Shown: positions 27,943-32,000 of the stretch, in pieces
How positions within the stretch are numbered: position 1 is the stretch's first letter
Layout of the letters: every line of letters begins with the position of its first letter
Origin: Zymomonas mobilis subsp. mobilis ATCC 10988
Lineage (GTDB): Bacteria; Pseudomonadota; Alphaproteobacteria; Sphingomonadales; Sphingomonadaceae
Length of the DNA: 32,000 nt
Assembly (NCBI RefSeq): GCF_000175255.2
Contig: NC_017262.1
Span: 540,001 to 572,000 of the forward strand
Direction: 5' to 3'
Translations under genes and position numbers: made by a program
The notes under the pieces: generated by a model
What the model was told of the DNA's origin: nothing
The model's database searches: none
What the model saw: the letters and a program-made list of their open reading frames with translations, nothing else

Positions 27943-30711
27943 ATGGCAAAAAATTTTGCCGCTTCCGATTTCGCCGTTTCCATCCAGAATCTGACTCATC
28001 ATTATGGCGATAACGAAGCCTTGCATCAGATTGATCTGGATCTGCCAGCCGGTCAAACTATCGGCTTGGTCGGGCCCGATGGCGTAGGCAAATCGACACT
28101 GCTTGGTATTATTTCGGGGGTAAAACGCCTTCAATCCGGAAAAGTCACCACACTTGATGCGGATATAGGACAAAAAAAACAACGCGAAGCCGTTCTGCCT
28201 CGGGTTGCTTTCATGCCGCAAGGTTTGGGGCATAACCTCTATCCGACTTTGTCAGTACAGGAAAATATCGACTTTTTCGCAAGACTGTTCGGTCTCGATG
28301 CCGAATATCGGAAAACTCGTATTGCCCAGCTTTTGGAAGCGACCAGCCTCGCCCCTTTCTTTGATCGTCCGGCCGGAAAATTATCCGGTGGTATGAAGCA
28401 AAAGGTTAGCCTCTGCTGCGCTCTTGTCCATAATCCCGATTTGCTTATTCTCGACGAACCGACCACCGGCGTGGATCCTCTGTCGCGGCAACAATTCTGG
28501 GAATTGGTCGATGCCTTACAAGCCGGTAATCCCTCGATGACGGTAATTGTCTCCACTGCTTATATGGAGGAGGCGGCTCGTTTTTCATGGCTGGTTGCCA
28601 TGGATGACGGGAAAGTTTTGGCAAATGGCAAAACGACAGATATTCTAAAACAAACCGGCCAAGATACGGTTGAAAAAGCCTATATCTCTCTTCTGCCAGA
28701 AGAAAAACGTACCCAAGCCAGCGGTTTTTCAATTCCTCCCTATAAAAATACCGATCCAGAACCCGCTATCGAGGCCAATAACCTCACTTGTCGTTTTGGC
28801 TCTTTTACAGCGGTAGATAATGTCAGCTTTCGTATTGGTCGAGGCGAGATTTTCGGCTTTCTTGGTTCCAATGGCTGCGGCAAATCGACAACGATGAAAA
28901 TGCTGACGGGTCTGCTGGACGCGACTAGCGGTACGGCCAAATTATTCGGCAAGCCAGTCTCTGCGGGGGATCTCAATACACGTATGCGGATTGGCTATAT
29001 GTCACAGGCCTTTTCGCTTTATGAAGAATTGACGGTCAAACAAAATCTGGTGCTGCAATCGCGCCTTTATCGGGCAACTGAAAAAGAAACCGAACAACGT
29101 GTTGATGATGCGCTGGATAATTTTGAATTACGCCCCTTTGCCGATATCAGTCCGGCTGATCTCCCTTTGGGTATCCGGCAACGTTTGCAGCTTGCCGCTG
29201 CTTGTATCAATACCCCTGATATTCTCATTCTTGACGAACCGACCTCGGGCGTTGATCCGGCCGCGCGAGATATGTTCTGGCATCATCTGATCGATCTTTC
29301 CCGTAACAAGCATGTAACCATTTTCGTCTCAACCCATTTCATGAATGAAGCGGCCTGTTGTGACCGTATTTCCCTGATGCATCGCGGCCATGTGCTGGCG
29401 GTTGGCACACCAGATGAATTGATGAAAAAGCGGGGAGAAAAATCACTCGAAGCCGCGTTTATCGACTATCTCCAAGACCAAATGTCACAAGACAAAGATA
29501 ACCGTGACAACCAGACCTCTTCCTCGAATGTCTCTCTTGAGAATATTTCGGATAATAAAAAAAAGGCGACGCCATCGCCTCTCTGGCATTGGTTGTCTTA
29601 TGTCTGGGCTTTTGCAAGGCGCGAAAGCCTTGAACTATTAAGGGATAAATTACGCCTGACCTTTGCGGTTGCAGGGCCCATTATCCTGCTTTTGGTCTCG
29701 GCCTATAGTATTTCCTTTGATATCAATAAAATCAGCTTCACCGTCTGCGACCAAGATCAAAGTAACGAAAGCCGCAGCTTGGTCAAAACCTTCCAAGGCT
29801 CATCCTATTTCACAGAAAAAGCGGCCTCTTCCAGTATCGCTGAAATGAACAAACGCCTTAGTGATGGGACAGCACAGATGACACTTGATATTCCCGCCGG
29901 TTTCGGTCGGGATATCGAGGCCGGTCGCCATCCCTCTCTCGGTATCGGGATCAGCGGTGCGATGCCTTTTCTTGGGGCAAATATTCAATCCTATGCCACG
30001 AATGCCCTGTTACAATATGCCCAATTATCGGCACAGGGATTAACGCATAATGCGCCTTCTTCGCTGCCTTTTTCGATTGAACCCCGCTTTGTCTATAATC
30101 AGGAATTTCTTAGCATTTATACGATGGTGCCAGATACCATCATGCTGGCCTTAATTCTGATCCCGACCATGCTGACGGCGCTTGGCGTCGTTCGGGAAAA
30201 AGAAATTGGTTCAATTATCAATCTCTATGCCTCTCCGGCTTCAACCCGACAATATCTTATCGGGAAACAGCTTCCCTATGTTGCTATTGCGATGCTGGCC
30301 TATCTCTCGCTGGTGGTGCTGTCAGTCACGATTTTAGGCGTTCCTTTGAAGGGGTCTTTTTTGGCACTTTCCCTAGGCGCATTGCTCTATAATCTTGCTG
30401 CAACCGGCCTCGGCCTTTTGATCTCGACTTTTGTCAGCTCCCAAGTCGCGGCGATTTTCGGAACGGCCATTTTGTGCCTCATTCCGGCAGTCAATTTTTC
30501 GGGGCTGCTATACCCTGTTTCAACATTAACGGGCATTTCCTATCATGTTGGACGTTGTTTTCCGGCATCATGGTTCCAGCTAATCAGTCTTGGCAGTTTT
30601 ACCAAGGGTCTTGGTTTTACGGCCTTTTTGACGATGTATGGGGCTTTGACGGGATTTGCCCTTCTCTATCTCGCCCTTGCCTGTGTCCTCCTTCGGAAAC
30701 AGGAGCTATAA
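27943..30711 (+). CDS. fused ABC transporter: two ATPase domains plus a C-terminal ABC-2 permease (RbbA/YhiH-like)
   Basis: Walker A motifs GPDGVGKST and GSNGCGKST, signature LSGGMKQK plus a degenerate second signature LPLGIRQR, and Walker B motifs LLILDEPT and ILILDEPT. About 370 aa of multi-TM ABC-2 domain follow. I prefer the ATG at 27943 (MAKNFAASDF), 5 nt after the HlyD stop, over the ORF-track start at 27883. Confidence 0.9.
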   Translation: MAKNFAASDFAVSIQNLTHHYGDNEALHQIDLDLPAGQTIGLVGPDGVGKSTLLGIISGVKRLQSGKVTTLDADIGQKKQREAVLPRVAFMPQGLGHNLYPTLSVQENIDFFARLFGLDAEYRKTRIAQLLEATSLAPFFDRPAGKLSGGMKQKVSLCCALVHNPDLLILDEPTTGVDPLSRQQFWELVDALQAGNPSMTVIVSTAYMEEAARFSWLVAMDDGKVLANGKTTDILKQTGQDTVEKAYISLLPEEKRTQASGFSIPPYKNTDPEPAIEANNLTCRFGSFTAVDNVSFRIGRGEIFGFLGSNGCGKSTTMKMLTGLLDATSGTAKLFGKPVSAGDLNTRMRIGYMSQAFSLYEELTVKQNLVLQSRLYRATEKETEQRVDDALDNFELRPFADISPADLPLGIRQRLQLAAACINTPDILILDEPTSGVDPAARDMFWHHLIDLSRNKHVTIFVSTHFMNEAACCDRISLMHRGHVLAVGTPDELMKKRGEKSLEAAFIDYLQDQMSQDKDNRDNQTSSSNVSLENISDNKKKATPSPLWHWLSYVWAFARRESLELLRDKLRLTFAVAGPIILLLVSAYSISFDINKISFTVCDQDQSNESRSLVKTFQGSSYFTEKAASSSIAEMNKRLSDGTAQMTLDIPAGFGRDIEAGRHPSLGIGISGAMPFLGANIQSYATNALLQYAQLSAQGLTHNAPSSLPFSIEPRFVYNQEFLSIYTMVPDTIMLALILIPTMLTALGVVREKEIGSIINLYASPASTRQYLIGKQLPYVAIAMLAYLSLVVLSVTILGVPLKGSFLALSLGALLYNLAATGLGLLISTFVSSQVAAIFGTAILCLIPAVNFSGLLYPVSTLTGISYHVGRCFPASWFQLISLGSFTKGLGFTAFLTMYGALTGFALLYLALACVLLRKQEL

Positions 30712-30714
30712 AAG

Positions 30715-31842
30715 ATGAGACGTTGGCTAATCAATGTCGCGCTTTTATGCGCCAAAGAATTCAGAAGCCTTCTTTGCGATAAGGTTCTGATTGCCCTGAT
30801 CGTCTTTGCGTTTACAGGCGGCGTTCTGGCCGTTGCCGATGGCGTCAAAGTCGAGGTTTCAAACGCCACAGTGGCGTTTATTGACCATGACCATTCGACA
30901 CTCTCAAACCGATTGCGGGATGCTATTTTGCAACCCTATTTCAAACCGCCGGTTTTGACCAATACGCAACAAGCCGAAGATGGAATGGATAAAGGCGACT
31001 ATATTTTCGCCATTGATATTCCGCCTAATTTCGAAAGAGATGTTCTCGCAGGACGAGAACCTTCTTTGCAAATCCGCGTTGATGCCACGGCAATGACACA
31101 GGCTGGATTAGGCACGGTCTATCTAACCGAAATTTTCTATCGCGAGATAAAAGCTGCTATTCCGCTGTCTTCGGCTACCTCGGCTTTACCCTTCCAAATC
31201 GACAGCCGGATTTACTTTAACCCCAATACCGAATCCTATCCTTTTATGTCGGTGATGCAGATCGTCACGAACATAACGATGCTTTCGATTATTCTCGTCG
31301 GGGCAGCCGTTATCCGTGAAAAAGAACATGGCACTATTGAACATCTGTTGGTTTTGCCTGTCAGCCCCAGCGAAATCGCTATGGCTAAAATTATCGCGAA
31401 TGGCTGGGCTATTTTTATAGCCTCGATGCTGTCGCTCTGGCTGGTGGTGCATCTCTGGCTCGGGGTTCAATTATCAGGGTCTATCCTGCTTTTTGCGGTT
31501 TGCACTCTGCTTTATCTATTCTCGGTAACGGCCTTGGGGATTATGCTAGCCACAGTTGCCCCAACCATGCCGCAATTCGGTTTGTTGGTCGTGCCGGTTT
31601 ACGCTGTTGCTTATCTTTTATCCGGTGCGGCGACGCCGGTCGAAAATATGCCGACCTCAATACAACATGCGGTCTATTTTCTGCCAACAACTCAATTCGT
31701 TAATATTGCACAGGCCATTCTTTATCGTGGGGCTGGTTTTGATGCCATTACCCAACCATTGGTCATCATTATCGCCGCCGGAATCCTGTTTCTTGCTTTC
31801 GCCCTTATCCGTTTCCGTTCTATGCTCACGAGCCAGTCCTGA
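30715..31842 (+). CDS. ABC-2 type permease (YhhJ-like), partner of the fused ABC protein
   Basis: 375 aa with an N-terminal TM, a large extracytoplasmic loop, then a five-TM ABC-2 core. AGGAG lies 9 nt upstream. It starts 3 nt after the preceding stop. Confidence 0.88.
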   Translation: MRRWLINVALLCAKEFRSLLCDKVLIALIVFAFTGGVLAVADGVKVEVSNATVAFIDHDHSTLSNRLRDAILQPYFKPPVLTNTQQAEDGMDKGDYIFAIDIPPNFERDVLAGREPSLQIRVDATAMTQAGLGTVYLTEIFYREIKAAIPLSSATSALPFQIDSRIYFNPNTESYPFMSVMQIVTNITMLSIILVGAAVIREKEHGTIEHLLVLPVSPSEIAMAKIIANGWAIFIASMLSLWLVVHLWLGVQLSGSILLFAVCTLLYLFSVTALGIMLATVAPTMPQFGLLVVPVYAVAYLLSGAATPVENMPTSIQHAVYFLPTTQFVNIAQAILYRGAGFDAITQPLVIIIAAGILFLAFALIRFRSMLTSQS

Positions 31843-32000
31843 TGAAATTGACTTTTATCAAAAAAACATCCCTTTATTCGGGATTCATCGCCACCCTGAT
31901 ACTGGCTGCCTGTTCACCGTTTAAAACGCCAGTGCCACCTTCACAGGTAGCGGTGCCTTCACAATTCGCGCAAGCCGCTGCGGGACAGGCCAGCGATATA
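31842..32000 (+). CDS. outer-membrane efflux lipoprotein (NodT/OprM-type OMF), N-terminal 53 codons only
   Basis: The frame is open to the window end, so it is not in the ORF track. My translation is MKLTFIKKTSLYSGFIATLILAACSPFKTPVPPSQVAVPSQFAQAAAGQASDI, with the lipobox LAAC. The ATG overlaps the permease stop (TGATG). The OMF assignment rests on the lipoprotein signal plus operon position only. Confidence 0.55.
   Translation, partial: MKLTFIKKTSLYSGFIATLILAACSPFKTPVPPSQVAVPSQFAQAAAGQASDI

Noticed and set aside
1-32000. Search for CRISPR arrays, tRNA/rRNA genes, IS elements, integrases, phage genes, toxin-antitoxin pairs or known defence-system genes
   Set aside because: I found no regularly spaced direct repeats, no GC-rich cloverleaf-like intergenic segments, and no ORF with transposase, integrase or nuclease-NTPase defence signatures. 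RmuC here is in its usual housekeeping context next to def and recR.

Overview
This window reads as ordinary core chromosome of a moderate/low-GC alphaproteobacterium. Gene order and protein sequences look Sphingomonadales-like, possibly Zymomonas, but I cannot verify this without a search. I support 28 protein-coding genes. (1) On the minus strand lies the 5' half of a dcw cell-wall/division cluster, rsmH-ftsL-ftsI-murE-murF-mraY, chained by start/stop overlaps and with no mraZ. (2) A 1.2 kb spacer of about 28% GC with almost no ORFs follows. (3) Next come housekeeping genes: a cysteine-synthase-family gene, purL, ugd, queD, rmuC, def, recR, fmt, truA, a DUF167 gene, rimO, an M17 aminopeptidase, a SH3b-NlpC/P60 peptidase, argC and a TPR-SPOR envelope protein. 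(4) Two tiny Sec-exported cysteine-containing proteins sit between queD and rmuC. (5) At the right edge is a four-gene envelope exporter: HlyD adaptor, fused ABC-ABC-permease of the RbbA/YhiH type, YhhJ-type permease and an outer-membrane lipoprotein. I see no rRNA, tRNA, CRISPR array, transposase, integrase, phage gene or recognisable defence gene. I do not find a convincing novel multi-gene system. The items most worth a second look are the AT-rich mraZ-less dcw leader, the exported metallothionein-like Cys/His mini-protein with a Fur-box-like site, the adjacent GC-rich gene for a strongly cationic CRDGRGxFxKC-repeat secreted protein, a perfect 13-bp inverted repeat in front of the M17 peptidase gene, and the OMF-coupled RbbA-type exporter of unknown substrate. 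All functional calls come from motif recognition by eye, and no database search was run.
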